Source of the DNA: Nitrospina sp. LS_NOB
GTDB taxonomy: Bacteria > Nitrospinota > Nitrospinia > Nitrospinales > VA-1
Direction: 5' to 3'
Length of the DNA: 64,000 nucleotides
Assembly (NCBI GenBank): GCA_001542995.1
Contig: LFLA01000025.1
Coordinates: forward strand, 27,606 to 91,605
Shown here piece by piece: positions 46,631 to 56,786 of this stretch (the first letter of the stretch is position 1; each line of letters begins with the position of its first letter). The position numbers were made by a program, and so were the translations under genes. Under the pieces are notes generated by a model that made no database searches, was not told where the DNA came from, and worked only from the letters and a program-made list of their open reading frames with translations.

Positions 46631-49080
46631 TTTATCGATTTAAACTCGCGGTGGATTAATTTTTTTTTGTTTCCCGTGCTGAGAGAGCCGAGGCCTCTCA
46701 GTGTAATACCCAAAAGATATTTGACCTCCCTGTCACTCCCCAGTCCTCGCGCAAGGTTATTTCTTTCAACTATATCAAATTTGAAACCCCAGCATTTGCA
46801 GGGGTTATCGTATAGCAAGCTGAAGTTGTTTTCCTGAAATACTTTTTCTTTTTCGTCAAAGCGGGTTGTGCCTTGGATTCTCCAGCCTTCGCCGAAGGTC
46901 CAGTCCACGGTACCCACGAGAAAGGTTTCCTGATTTCTGGTAAAACGCCTTTCAAAAAAAAGATATAGGGAGTCAATGGGTTTGACCCCTAACTCAACGT
47001 TAAAGGTTTTGAGAACATTTTCATGGACGTCAAAAGTCGAGTCGAAATTGAGTTCCAAATTGTCATACAATCGGCTATCCAGGTCAAAACGAAGGTCAGA
47101 AAATGGGCGCTTGTTCTCGGATGTTTCCGATCCGGTGGCCTCGATCAGATCAATCGTTTGGCTGATATCAAAGCGAAGGACTTCGCGGGTATTAAAGTTG
47201 TCACCTTTCTCCCGTTCCTTTTGTAATATCCTTTGGGTTAACGAATAAGTAATCGTGCTTCGTCGACTCACAGTATCGATGCCATCGAATACTTTTATTT
47301 TTCCACGATCCGTTTCATCCAAGTCGGGAATGTAATTATAGGTGATGCGGGGTTCTATTAAATGTTTGACCTTGGGGGTATATTTATTTTTGAGGTCGAA
47401 AATCTTTTCAAATCTTGGGCCCTGGAGACTGGCACTGACATCGAAGGATTCCCGGGTGAAAAAGTCCAGGCGTTTATTATTATCTGCTGCGTCCAATCCT
47501 TTGCTGTAAATGGTTTCTCTAAGCCCCAAAGAAGGGGTGAAGGCCAGCCAGGGAGCGATTTTCGTCGTGTAAGAGATTCGAGGATGAAAGTCGAAGCGCT
47601 GTACTGAAAAATTGTCATCTACATCCGGACTGGAATCCAGATCCGTAAGAAACGAGGTGAAGCTGGAATCTTGGCTGAAGAAAAAATCTGTGTCTCCAAT
47701 GGATTGCTTTTGTGTTTTATAGGTTATTTGAGGCAGTTGCGCAAAGGTTTGGTCGCTGTCTGATTGAGAACTGTCCCGATATCGGGTCAGAATATCCAGG
47801 GAACTGCTTCCCCAGTTTTTTGTGATGGTAGCGTGGGAGTCTGAATTGCGGCGAGCCCTTTGGCTGGTGCTATCGTTGAAGTTTCTATTGAATGCCTCAC
47901 TTTCCAAGTCAAGTTTGCCACTAAACTTGAAATCATTAGGCAGAGTCTGTTTGTGGATGGCATCCACTTTCCAGAATGTAGAGTCAGTAGCCTTGTCATC
48001 AATAAAAGAAGCATTTAAGGAGCCCGTAGTATGACTATTGGGGGTGTACCTGTACTCAATTGAAGGTTTGAAGCCGCGCTGCTCCGAATAATCCAAGCCG
48101 AATGTCGCGTCGGAGTGCCCATTGATGGCCCAATAATAGGCATTGTTAAAGGAGGCTCCCCCAACACTACCGCTTCCAAAAGAAGGAATTAGAAGTCCAC
48201 TTTTACGTTCCCGATCGATGGGCAGGTAGCCTATCGGGATGTAAAGGATGGGGATATCTCTTATTTTAAAGACCCCATTGGTAAAAAGAACCCGGTCACC
48301 CATTACAATGTCCATCGATTCCGCTTCAAAAAGCCAATCCGGAAGCTTACCTTCACAGGTTGTGAGATGTCCTTTCTGAACTTTATAATGATTTTTAGAG
48401 TACCGGGTGATTTCCTTTCCCTCGATATAATACTTTTCACCAAGCCTGCCTCGGGTTTCAAAAAGTTTGCCTTGCTGGTTATTGATATTAAACAGGGCTT
48501 TTTTGGATTTGAGACGGGTTCCGTCATCTTGAGTGATGATGACATGGCCGGTGGCCTTACCGTTTCCTGTCTTATTGTTCACCTTGACTTTATCTGCCCG
48601 AATAACTCTGCCATCCAACCGGATAATCACTTTTCCCCATGCCCAGAGGAGATTGCGGTTATTACCATGCGTCATGTGGTCGGCGGTTAGAAAAACTTCT
48701 TGTCCGGCGGGTTGAGATTTTGTTTCTTCTGGCGGACGGTTGATGGGGTCGTCACCATTCTGGATCCAGTTTGGGAAGGTTAGTGACCGGGGCATGGCCA
48801 AACTTTCATTTGTTGTCAACGGATTTCCATTTGCCCAAAACCAATCTGCCGCAGGAGCTTCCTCTTCAGCTTCCAAATACTGCAATTCCGAGGGTGGAAG
48901 TGGTCTCTCATCTTTTCCCCACTGCCAATCAGGAGTGCCTGATTCCCCCTTGTCTAATTCAGGGAGCTTGAGAGCCTTTTCCTGGCTGGACTGGTAGGAG
49001 CGCATCCCCTCTTGGCCAATGGAAAAAGATTCACTCGTCAGAGTGAAGAGTATTCCTAGAACTAAAAAAAGTATTTTCAT
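46627..49080 (-). CDS. lptD: LPS-assembly outer-membrane protein LptD (OstA family)
   Basis: Signal peptide (MKILFLVLGILFTLTS), OstA N-domain (ADHMTH...AWGKVIIRLDG..IRADKVKVNNKTG...GHV) and a large beta-barrel region. The start is uncertain (49080 or 49107) and overlaps the folC 3' end. Confidence 0.88.
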   Translation of the reverse strand: MKILFLVLGILFTLTSESFSIGQEGMRSYQSSQEKALKLPELDKGESGTPDWQWGKDERPLPPSELQYLEAEEEAPAADWFWANGNPLTTNESLAMPRSLTFPNWIQNGDDPINRPPEETKSQPAGQEVFLTADHMTHGNNRNLLWAWGKVIIRLDGRVIRADKVKVNNKTGNGKATGHVIITQDDGTRLKSKKALFNINNQQGKLFETRGRLGEKYYIEGKEITRYSKNHYKVQKGHLTTCEGKLPDWLFEAESMDIVMGDRVLFTNGVFKIRDIPILYIPIGYLPIDRERKSGLLIPSFGSGSVGGASFNNAYYWAINGHSDATFGLDYSEQRGFKPSIEYRYTPNSHTTGSLNASFIDDKATDSTFWKVDAIHKQTLPNDFKFSGKLDLESEAFNRNFNDSTSQRARRNSDSHATITKNWGSSSLDILTRYRDSSQSDSDQTFAQLPQITYKTQKQSIGDTDFFFSQDSSFTSFLTDLDSSPDVDDNFSVQRFDFHPRISYTTKIAPWLAFTPSLGLRETIYSKGLDAADNNKRLDFFTRESFDVSASLQGPRFEKIFDLKNKYTPKVKHLIEPRITYNYIPDLDETDRGKIKVFDGIDTVSRRSTITYSLTQRILQKEREKGDNFNTREVLRFDISQTIDLIEATGSETSENKRPFSDLRFDLDSRLYDNLELNFDSTFDVHENVLKTFNVELGVKPIDSLYLFFERRFTRNQETFLVGTVDWTFGEGWRIQGTTRFDEKEKVFQENNFSLLYDNPCKCWGFKFDIVERNNLARGLGSDREVKYLLGITLRGLGSLSTGNKKKLIHREFKSIK

Positions 49081-50362
49081 CGTTAAAACATTTTTTGGCT
49101 GCGCCAACCAGGAAAATGGAACCCGTGATACAAACCAGGTCGTCCTGATTGGCGATTTGTTTTACAGCTTGTAACGCATCAAAAACAGTCCCGAAAACCT
49201 GAGACGGTTTATTGTGAACTTTCAGTTTCTCGGCCAGTTTTTCCGGGGCTTCTCCCCGGGGAGGATTGACCGATACCAGGAAAAACTGATCTCCCAACTG
49301 GCTTAAAATTTTTATGACTTCATCAATTTTCTTGTCCTGCATCAGCCCCAAAACAATAAAACAGCGGGAAAACTTAAAGTTTTTGCGCAATTCCAGTGTC
49401 ATATTTCTGACGCTGGCCTCATTGTGGGCGCAATCCAACACCACTGTGGGGTGCGAGAAAACTGTTTCCAATCGACCTTCCCACGAAACCGTTTCCAGGC
49501 CTTGCCTTATGTGTTTTTCTTCAATATTGAGCCCGCGTTCATTTAACTTCAAACAAGCTGACAGGGCCAACCCTGCGTTACTCCTTTGAAAATGGCCAGT
49601 AAGAGGCAGAATCAGGTTATTTAGAACCCGGGAGCCCCACTTGTAGCTGAAGATGTTTTTCTCTTCATTTTCGGCTTCAGGGGTCACCTGGAAATCCACT
49701 CCCGACCGGTAAAGGTCTGCCGAACACTTTCTGGCCGAATTCTTGACGACTTGAAACAGTTCCTCTTCAGGGATATGAGCAAATACTATACCGCTTTCCT
49801 TTATAATTGAAGCCTTTTCAAAGGCGATTTGTTTCAGATCTTCTCCAAGATATTGAGTATGGTCCAGGGATATGGACGTGATAATGGATATTTGGGCTTT
49901 GCAAAGATTGGTGGCATCCAGCCGACCCCCCAGTCCGACTTCAATAATGTTTATATCGGTATTTTGTTCACGAAAATAAAGAAAGGCTAAAACGGTTCCA
50001 AACTCAAAAAATGTGATGGGGATTTTCAGGCTTTCCACAGCCAATTTAATTCTTAAGATCAGGTCCGTAGTTTGCTGTTTTTCGATCATTCTGCGGTTAA
50101 TCTGTATGCGCTCGCGAAAATCCAACAAATGTGGAGAGGTATAAAGCCCAACTTTATAACCCGATGCTTTTAAAATGGATTCTGTGATCGCCGCAGTAGA
50201 TCCTTTACCATTGGTGCCACCGATATGAATGGTGGTCGTTTTTAATTGAGGATCACCGAAATGTTGAAGAATCCGAGCGGTATTTTTAAGTCCAAGTTTG
50301 ATGCCGCTTTGTGTAAGACTGTAGAGGTAGTTTAGAGCCTCTTGATAATTGGATTCATTCAT
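49031..50362 (-). CDS. folC: folylpolyglutamate synthase / dihydrofolate synthase
   Basis: Mur-ligase-type P-loop IHIGGTNGKGST, and DHTQYLG. Confidence 0.9.
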   Translation of the reverse strand: MNESNYQEALNYLYSLTQSGIKLGLKNTARILQHFGDPQLKTTTIHIGGTNGKGSTAAITESILKASGYKVGLYTSPHLLDFRERIQINRRMIEKQQTTDLILRIKLAVESLKIPITFFEFGTVLAFLYFREQNTDINIIEVGLGGRLDATNLCKAQISIITSISLDHTQYLGEDLKQIAFEKASIIKESGIVFAHIPEEELFQVVKNSARKCSADLYRSGVDFQVTPEAENEEKNIFSYKWGSRVLNNLILPLTGHFQRSNAGLALSACLKLNERGLNIEEKHIRQGLETVSWEGRLETVFSHPTVVLDCAHNEASVRNMTLELRKNFKFSRCFIVLGLMQDKKIDEVIKILSQLGDQFFLVSVNPPRGEAPEKLAEKLKVHNKPSQVFGTVFDALQAVKQIANQDDLVCITGSIFLVGAAKKCFNDENTFFSSRNTLHSDE

Positions 50363-50535
50363 GAAAAATTATAATGTATGGCATAATTTATTAGAGTTAT
50401 TGATGCTCTCTTCTGCAAATAAAATAAGGCATCTGGAAAAAGTATGAAACACATAGTCCAGTAAATATTAAGTGCCTGAGCAATATAAAACTGTTCAATT
50501 CTGTAATCTGTTTTGTCAGGGAACAGAAAAAAGCT

Positions 50536-51045
50536 ATGAAGAACGATTCCAAGATTTCCATTCCCCTGGTCTCATTTTCCTCCAGCCGGGAAAGTAGGCA
50601 GCCCGGTGCTGAGAGGGGAAAAAAGGTTTTTCTTTCAAATAGTTATACCAGAATATCCCCGCCAATGGAACTGCCGGATTCATGCTACGGGGTGAGAATC
50701 GAAGACGCTTGTCACACTCCATTTTTGCCGCCAGGCTGTCTGGCTGTTTTTTCAAAAACTGACGGGACTGCGTTGGAAAATATTTATGCGGTTGGGGTTC
50801 AAGAGGAGTTTCCATTTTTAGGGAAATGGATGCAAAAAGAAATTCCTGAAGAAAGTGCGGGCGGCAGGCGGAAAGTGTTCATGGTTCCAACTCCCCTGCA
50901 TATTCCGGATAGCCGGATTTCCCCCATAGCCCCGTCCCTGCACCATGCCTTGCTCTTTAAAGATTTTATGAGCCCTGAAAAGCTGAGGGTGATCCCTGCC
51001 AGTAAAATCCTATGGAAACACCCATTGGTATATGTGCAAAAATAA
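50536..51045 (+). CDS. hypothetical protein
   Basis: 169-aa ORF starting at ATG. No recognisable motif. A 93-aa antisense ORF overlaps it. The coding call is weak. Confidence 0.4.
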   Translation: MKNDSKISIPLVSFSSSRESRQPGAERGKKVFLSNSYTRISPPMELPDSCYGVRIEDACHTPFLPPGCLAVFSKTDGTALENIYAVGVQEEFPFLGKWMQKEIPEESAGGRRKVFMVPTPLHIPDSRISPIAPSLHHALLFKDFMSPEKLRVIPASKILWKHPLVYVQK

Positions 51046-51077
51046 CAAGGTTGAATTATTTGTTGCAGAGGGAGGGA

Positions 51078-51722
51078 TCAATCCAGACAAACAGGGGCCA
51101 TGTCCTTCCAGAACTTTATTCCGGCTTCTGTCCAGTCTAACTCTTCAAACGATTCATCAGCGATAGAATAAAACCGCATGATCTTCATATGATCTAAAAG
51201 GTTTGATGGGTCAGTCCAGGCCTGTTGGTTACTCACTGGCGCGAAATATTTCTTGTCCTGGCGCCATTCCCACGGGGTGGGGGCCAGGGAGAGGTAGACA
51301 TCTTGAAAGGATGGTTCGTTGCAGGCGACGGATAGGCGTTGAAAATAGGTTTTTAGTTTGTCGCCTTTCAAGATCAGGGAAAACCCAAGATAATGCCCCC
51401 ACCAGAATAGGGTTCGATAGGTGTACATCTCGGTTTTGGAAAAGTTCTGTGGAATATCCAGAGACAAAAAGGGGAACCCGTTATGGTTCTCGCCTCTGGC
51501 AATTTGTCCTTTTTCAATATCTGTTCCCGGTGGTAATTGGTGAACGCAAGACAGTAACTCAACAGCCATTGCTTCTTTAAGTTTGTTTAGACGGTTTTCA
51601 ACCTTTTTGAGTATGGCGGGTTTCTTCTGGAACACTTCAACATGGTTGATCATTTCCATATCTTTGGCGTGCCAGTCTTGAGAAAAAGAGGGGGAGGAAT
51701 TTTCCGGGTTTTCAATGCTCAT
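51078..51722 (-). CDS. hypothetical protein
   Basis: 214-aa ORF with coding-like composition (Trp/Phe-rich, no TM helices). No family recognised. Confidence 0.6.
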   Translation of the reverse strand: MSIENPENSSPSFSQDWHAKDMEMINHVEVFQKKPAILKKVENRLNKLKEAMAVELLSCVHQLPPGTDIEKGQIARGENHNGFPFLSLDIPQNFSKTEMYTYRTLFWWGHYLGFSLILKGDKLKTYFQRLSVACNEPSFQDVYLSLAPTPWEWRQDKKYFAPVSNQQAWTDPSNLLDHMKIMRFYSIADESFEELDWTEAGIKFWKDMAPVCLD

Positions 51723-51768
51723 GTTTTTGATAGGGCATGATTTTTGCGGGAACGCCTCGAATCACCGG

Positions 51769-51809
51769 CAAAATAAAGTTGCAGAGCGAAGCGGCGCAAC
51801 TTTATTTTG
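51769..51809 (-). terminator. intrinsic terminator-like hairpin after the SPFH/NfeD-like pair
   Basis: Perfect 14-bp inverted repeat CAAAATAAAGTTGC-N13-GCAACTTTATTTTG. On the minus transcript the 3' arm ends in a U-rich run. Confidence 0.5.
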
Positions 51810-51835
51810 TCCGAGCGTATGTTTTTGTTAGGTAA

Positions 51836-52102
51836 TTAATCATTAATGTCCTGATTTGATGCTTGAGTTTTTCTAAATTTACTCCAAGCCAGAGATGCCA
51901 CTGAAAGACTAATCGTGCTATGAATAAAAACAACTTCATACCATTCAGTTAGTAAAGTTGGCCACACTTTCAATAGTAATGCCATTCCGAAACTTGCTAC
52001 CCCGAATGATAAGGCAACAAACAAACCACTAAATACCTCTAGAATGGACAAACAGAGACCAACAATAAGCCAAAATTCAACTGTAAATATTAATTCCATC
52101 AT
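51836..52102 (-). CDS. small membrane protein, NfeD-like (membrane part only)
   Basis: 88 aa, 3 TM helices. Its start overlaps the stop of the upstream SPFH gene, the usual SPFH/NfeD pairing. Confidence 0.5.
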   Translation of the reverse strand: MMELIFTVEFWLIVGLCLSILEVFSGLFVALSFGVASFGMALLLKVWPTLLTEWYEVVFIHSTISLSVASLAWSKFRKTQASNQDIND

Positions 52103-52962
52103 TGTTTCCTAAAGAGACTTTTTGCGGAACTTAATGCGTCTATTATATCATTTGGCAATAAAATAACTTTGGAGTTATCTGAACTTGACAGCTGGCCTAT
52201 TGCCTCTACTTGGCGCTTTTGTATTTCAAACTGAACTGCTGCTGCTCCCTCATTATTAATAGCTTCTGCGATTGTCTTTGTTGCATATGCATCAGCATCA
52301 GCAAGCAAACGCTTGGCATCAGCTTGTTTTTGTGCTGTATAAAGTTCAGCATCAGCATTTAACTCGACTGATTTTTTCTTTCCTTCTGCCTCCATAACCG
52401 CTGCTCGACGTTCTCGTTCCGCATTAATTTGTTGTTGCATGGCTTTTCTTGTGCTTTCATCAACAGTTACATCTAATATCTCGGTGCGTGTTATATCTAC
52501 ACCCCAATCCATACATGTTTCTTCAAGACTGCTTCTGATTTTTTTATTAATTTGATCCCTATGTGATTGCACCTCATCGAATTCAATAGAGCCTATGATT
52601 GAACGGACTGTTCCAGTTACTGCATTATTTATAGCACTCTCTAAATCATTTATTCGGTATGATGCTTTTGCCGCATCAATAATTTTAAAAAATATAGTGT
52701 TCGTGATAAGAATGGTTACATTATCTCTCGTTATGACATCATGTGGTTTTTCAGGTAGCTGCTTTTCAAGGATGCTTAATTTCCTTGCCACTCTGTCCAA
52801 TATCGGTAGAATGAAGTTTAAACCAGCTTTTAGGGTTTTCGTGTATTTCCCAAATCGTTCAACAACATGATTTTCACTTTGAGGAACGATTTTAGCTCCC
52901 ATGAGAATTAGCACTATCGCTAATAATGTAGCTACAATAAAAATGATTGCTGTAATAGACAT
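52099..52962 (-). CDS. SPFH/band-7 (stomatin/HflC-like) membrane protein
   Basis: N-terminal TM helix, SPFH core (IVPQSENHVVERFGKYTKTLKAGLNFILP...TRDNV) and an Ala/Glu-rich coiled-coil tail. Confidence 0.9.
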   Translation of the reverse strand: MSITAIIFIVATLLAIVLILMGAKIVPQSENHVVERFGKYTKTLKAGLNFILPILDRVARKLSILEKQLPEKPHDVITRDNVTILITNTIFFKIIDAAKASYRINDLESAINNAVTGTVRSIIGSIEFDEVQSHRDQINKKIRSSLEETCMDWGVDITRTEILDVTVDESTRKAMQQQINAERERRAAVMEAEGKKKSVELNADAELYTAQKQADAKRLLADADAYATKTIAEAINNEGAAAVQFEIQKRQVEAIGQLSSSDNSKVILLPNDIIDALSSAKSLFRKQ

Positions 52963-53401
52963 AGAGATCCCCTCTTTTTTGGTTTACCTAACAGTTAGTA
53001 TAAAGCAACATCACCCTTTACCATTCGCTATAAATAAAATCAAGCAAGAGAAAAGGCGTCAAACAAGAGTGTCGGCGATATCTTGTTAATCGCTTTTTTT
53101 AGAGAGGTCGATGTTTCTTTTGGGCCATTTTTTATTTTTGCCGTGCGAAAACATTAAAAATGGATTCTGTCTTCTTGGTACGGGCTTGAACCAGCTATTT
53201 CGAGACGGCGGACATGCCTACCGTTAATTTTGAGGATTTCGATTTTAACATTAGGCAGGTTGCTCCCAAACTGAAACTCTTGCTGTCAAAGGATACACCA
53301 CTTTACTCAAATTTCCGCTATATTTTCTATTAGTTAGTACGCTTGCCCTGTCAGGAAATTGGCCTAAAATCATGGCAAGACCTTGAAATCTGAATTTCCA
53401 G

Positions 53402-53650
53402 CAGTTTTCAGTCCATTTTTGTTCGTAATGGTTGGTTGCGCAGCTATAATCATTATGAACCTAAAATTTTATCGGTTTTTTTTTCAGAGTTTTTTTAACT
53501 GCTGGAAAGATGATTTAAGGAAGCATCAGGGAGAAGAGTTTTTGTTGGCCTGGATAACGAAACGGTCACCCATCATAAAGATGGCAGTGTACCTGATGTC
53601 CTTCTTCCAGTTGAATTTGACGGGGGACTTCATTTTTGCAACGGTCCATC
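53402..53650. repeat. direct repeat copy A (~249 bp): decayed duplicate of the 3' end and downstream region of the ABC ATPase gene at 60672..61640
   Basis: Aligned by eye with 60510..60756, it shows about 10 differences including two T-run length changes (roughly 96% identity). On the minus strand it still encodes [27 protein letters not shown]-stop, against ...[13 protein letters not shown]-stop in the intact gene. Confidence 0.9.
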
Positions 53651-53706
53651 CCTTTTTCAGTTGAAATTTGAACAGACGCTTATCGGCCCAAAGCGGACAT
53701 TGGTGT

Positions 53707-56700
53707 TTACCCCAATTTGACATTATCCGCCTCTGAAAAAAACAAACTATAGAGCACTGGCACAAAACCGAGGGTCAGGATGGTGCCAACAGCTAGACCT
53801 CCCATTATGACAACCGCCATAGGAAACCACATCGCCCCACCATAAACGGCGAGAGGAATGAGGCCGAGGATGGTTGTCAGCGTTGTCATTAAAATTGGAC
53901 GCAAGCGCGCTAGGCACGCTTCAATGATTGCCGTGCGCACGCTCATCCCTGCTGCACGCTCACTATCAATCCGATCAATTAGCACTATACCGTTGTTCAC
54001 GATAATTCCAACCAGGCTGTATATTCCCAAAATGGCTGTGAAGCTTAAGAAAGCATTACTGATCATTAAACCTAGAGCTGCACCAATAATCACAAGTGGA
54101 ATGGTCAACATGATAATAGTCGGACGGCGGAAAGAGTTGAATTGTAAAACAAGCAGCACAATGATACCGAGCAATGCAAAAGGTAGATATTGGGAAAGAG
54201 CCTGATTGCCTTTTTCGGAGCTCTCGACTTCCCCCCCGATTTCGATGCGGAACCCCTCTGGAAGAGGCAGGGACTGAATAAGCGGCCACAGCTTTTCATG
54301 CAGTTCTGTCGCCTGCATGGTTTTGTGTGTGGCAGAAACTGTAAGGGTGCGTTCCTGATTGTATCTTTTAAATTTCCCCGGTGCGATGAAGCCTTTAAAA
54401 TCTGCTACCTGAATAAGCGGTACAGGTTCCCCCGTTTTTGATATGATTGGAAGAAGGCGTATTTTACTCCAGTCATCGCGATTCTCATCTCCGCGAAAAA
54501 CAATCGGAATGGTTTTATCACCTTCTCGGTAATCACTAACTTGCTTTCCCTCGAAATAAGCATTCAAGGCCGTGGCTATGGATTTACTGCTCACACCGGC
54601 GCGTCGGGCACGGTCCTGATCTATTTCAACTCGCGTCCGGATTACAGGTTCATTCCAATCATTGGTAACGCCCAAGGTTCCTTCTATGTCGAGCATGTGA
54701 TTTTCAATGGAACGTGCGAGTCGATATTGGCCGACAACATTGGGCCCGATGATTCTATATTCCACCAGCCCAATTTCAGCCGCACCCAAAGACATTCTTT
54801 TCGACCTTCCATTGGCTTCGGGGAGTTGTTCTAGAATAAAACGATCTACTTTTTTCATAACCGGTAGAACATCTTCTGATGTTTTTGTGTTCACGATCAA
54901 AAAAGCTACATTACTATCCGAATCTGGGGGGGGGGAAGCGTTAAAAAAAAGCGGGGCCCGCCATAGCCCATATAAGCGACGTTATTCTCTACATGAGGAT
55001 TCTCCTCTGGGTCGGATAACCAGAAGGTTAATCGTCTTGTCACTTTTATGGTTTCGTTGATATGTGTGCCGGAAGGCATATCAATATAAACCAGGAATTG
55101 ATTTCGGTCAGAGTAAGGCATCATTTGTTTGGGAATGGTCGCAAAACTCTGAAGCGACATAACCATGGCAACAATAATAACTACTATAAATCTGAATCTG
55201 AAACGAAGGAGTGCCTCCAGGAGTCGTCTGTAAACTAAATAGGAGCGGCTTTGATAGGAAAGTAAATTACTATTATCTTCCTTGTGCTTTCTTTCACTGA
55301 GAAACCAATAACATAACGCCGGGGTGGCAAACATAGATAAAAACCATGAAGACAAGAGTGTCGTGATAATCACCTGAGAGAGGGAACGCAAATATTCGCT
55401 ACTGACGTCTTCCGCCAACATGAGCGGCATAAAGGCCAGAATTGTAGTCAAGGATGAGGTTAGTAGTGGAATGCCGAGGCTTCCAGCAGCTTTGATGGCA
55501 GCTTCCTTTTTGTTCATCCCCATATCCATCCGGCTTCGTGTATCTTCGGCGATGACTATGCCATTGTCGACCAAAAGGCCCAGCGCAATAATGATGGCGG
55601 CAATTGACATGCGTTGCAGATCAATGCCCCAGATTGCCATGATGATAAACGAAAGCAGAATAGTCAGAGGAACAATGGCACCGACAATGAGCCCTGTACG
55701 AAACCCTAAAAACAGAATGACGACACCCAAAACAACCGCAATGGTCTGATATAGGTTGTTGACAGCGGCACTGACTGATTTTGTCACCAAGGCGGGCTGG
55801 TAGGTCACATAATTAAGCGCTACCCCAAATGGCAAAGTATTTTGTAGTGCATTAACTTTTGCAGTTATTTCCTGGCCAAAGTGTTCAATATTGTAGTGTG
55901 GCACCATCGAAACAGCTAAAATAACGGTAGGCTGATCGTTGAAAAAGGCCGCTCTTTCGGAAGGTTCAACATAGCTGCGCCTGACATCGACAATGTCCTG
56001 CAAATAAACAACCTGCTCACTGTCAGGAGCTCGCACCTGAAGGTTTTTGATTTCTTCAACAGATTGAAAATTACCGGAAGGCTCGATCACAATAATGCGA
56101 CCATCGGCATTGATGCTTCCGCCGGGAAGAATAATATTCTGGTTAATAAGTTCCTGGGCGAGTTCTTTAAAAGAAAACCCGTAATGGGCAAGCCGTGTGG
56201 CATTAACATCCAGATAGATGCGTTCTTGTTGCACGCCCATGACATCTACTTTGCTGACACTGTCCACCGCACCGATCTGGTCCTGCAAATGTAGAGCAAT
56301 CTCGCGCATCTCCTTCATGGTGAAATCATCACCGGTCATGGCGAGCGTAACAACGGATACGCGACCTAAATCATCATTGACGATCGGGCCAACCGAGCCT
56401 TCTGGAAGGTCATTTTTAATGTCATCCATTTTATTACGCAAATCCTGCCAGATGGAATCCAGTTCAAAATAACGGTCGTATATTTTAGGTTTGACCAGGA
56501 CTTCCCCGGTTTTTACTGTTGTTTCGATCGATTGAACTTCTGGAATTTGTTTAATTTTTTTCTCCAGAGGCCTGGCAATCAGATTTTCGATCTGGTCCGT
56601 TGGCATGCCAGGGAAATAGACACTGACCTGTGCTTCGCGGATTGTGACTTCTGGGTCTTCCTGTGATGGCATGGTCACAAAGGCATTAATGCCGAAAAAA

Positions 56701-56768
56701 ATGACAAGCACCAATATCAAAATGGTAGCGCGAGAATTATTTATTGCGAAATGGGTAATACGTTCCAT
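53707..56768 (-). pseudogene. RND (AcrB/HAE1-type) efflux permease interrupted by a frameshift in a C10 homopolymer
   Basis: ORF 54906..56768 is the N-terminal 620 aa (MERITHFAINNSRATILILV...). ORF 53707..54900 is the C-terminal 397 aa. The reading frame continues as ...GGPRFFLTLPPP/DSDSNVAFLIVNTKT across the G10 run at 54926..54935 (plus strand). Confidence 0.85.
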
Positions 56769-56786
56769 TTGAAAACAGGTTTATAA

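Noticed and set aside
49031-49107. 77-nt overlap between the folC 3' end and the longest lptD ORF
   Set aside because: It is probably not a real long overlap. The internal ATG at 49080 gives a proper signal peptide (MKILFLVLGILF...). About 50 nt of overlap remains, and I accepted it as plausible.
53383-53765. ORFs 53383..53664 (+, 93 aa) and 53526..53765 (-, 79 aa)
   Set aside because: Both lie within or across the decayed duplicate of the ABC ATPase 3' end (repeat copy A). Their reading frames are by-products of the repeat, not genes.
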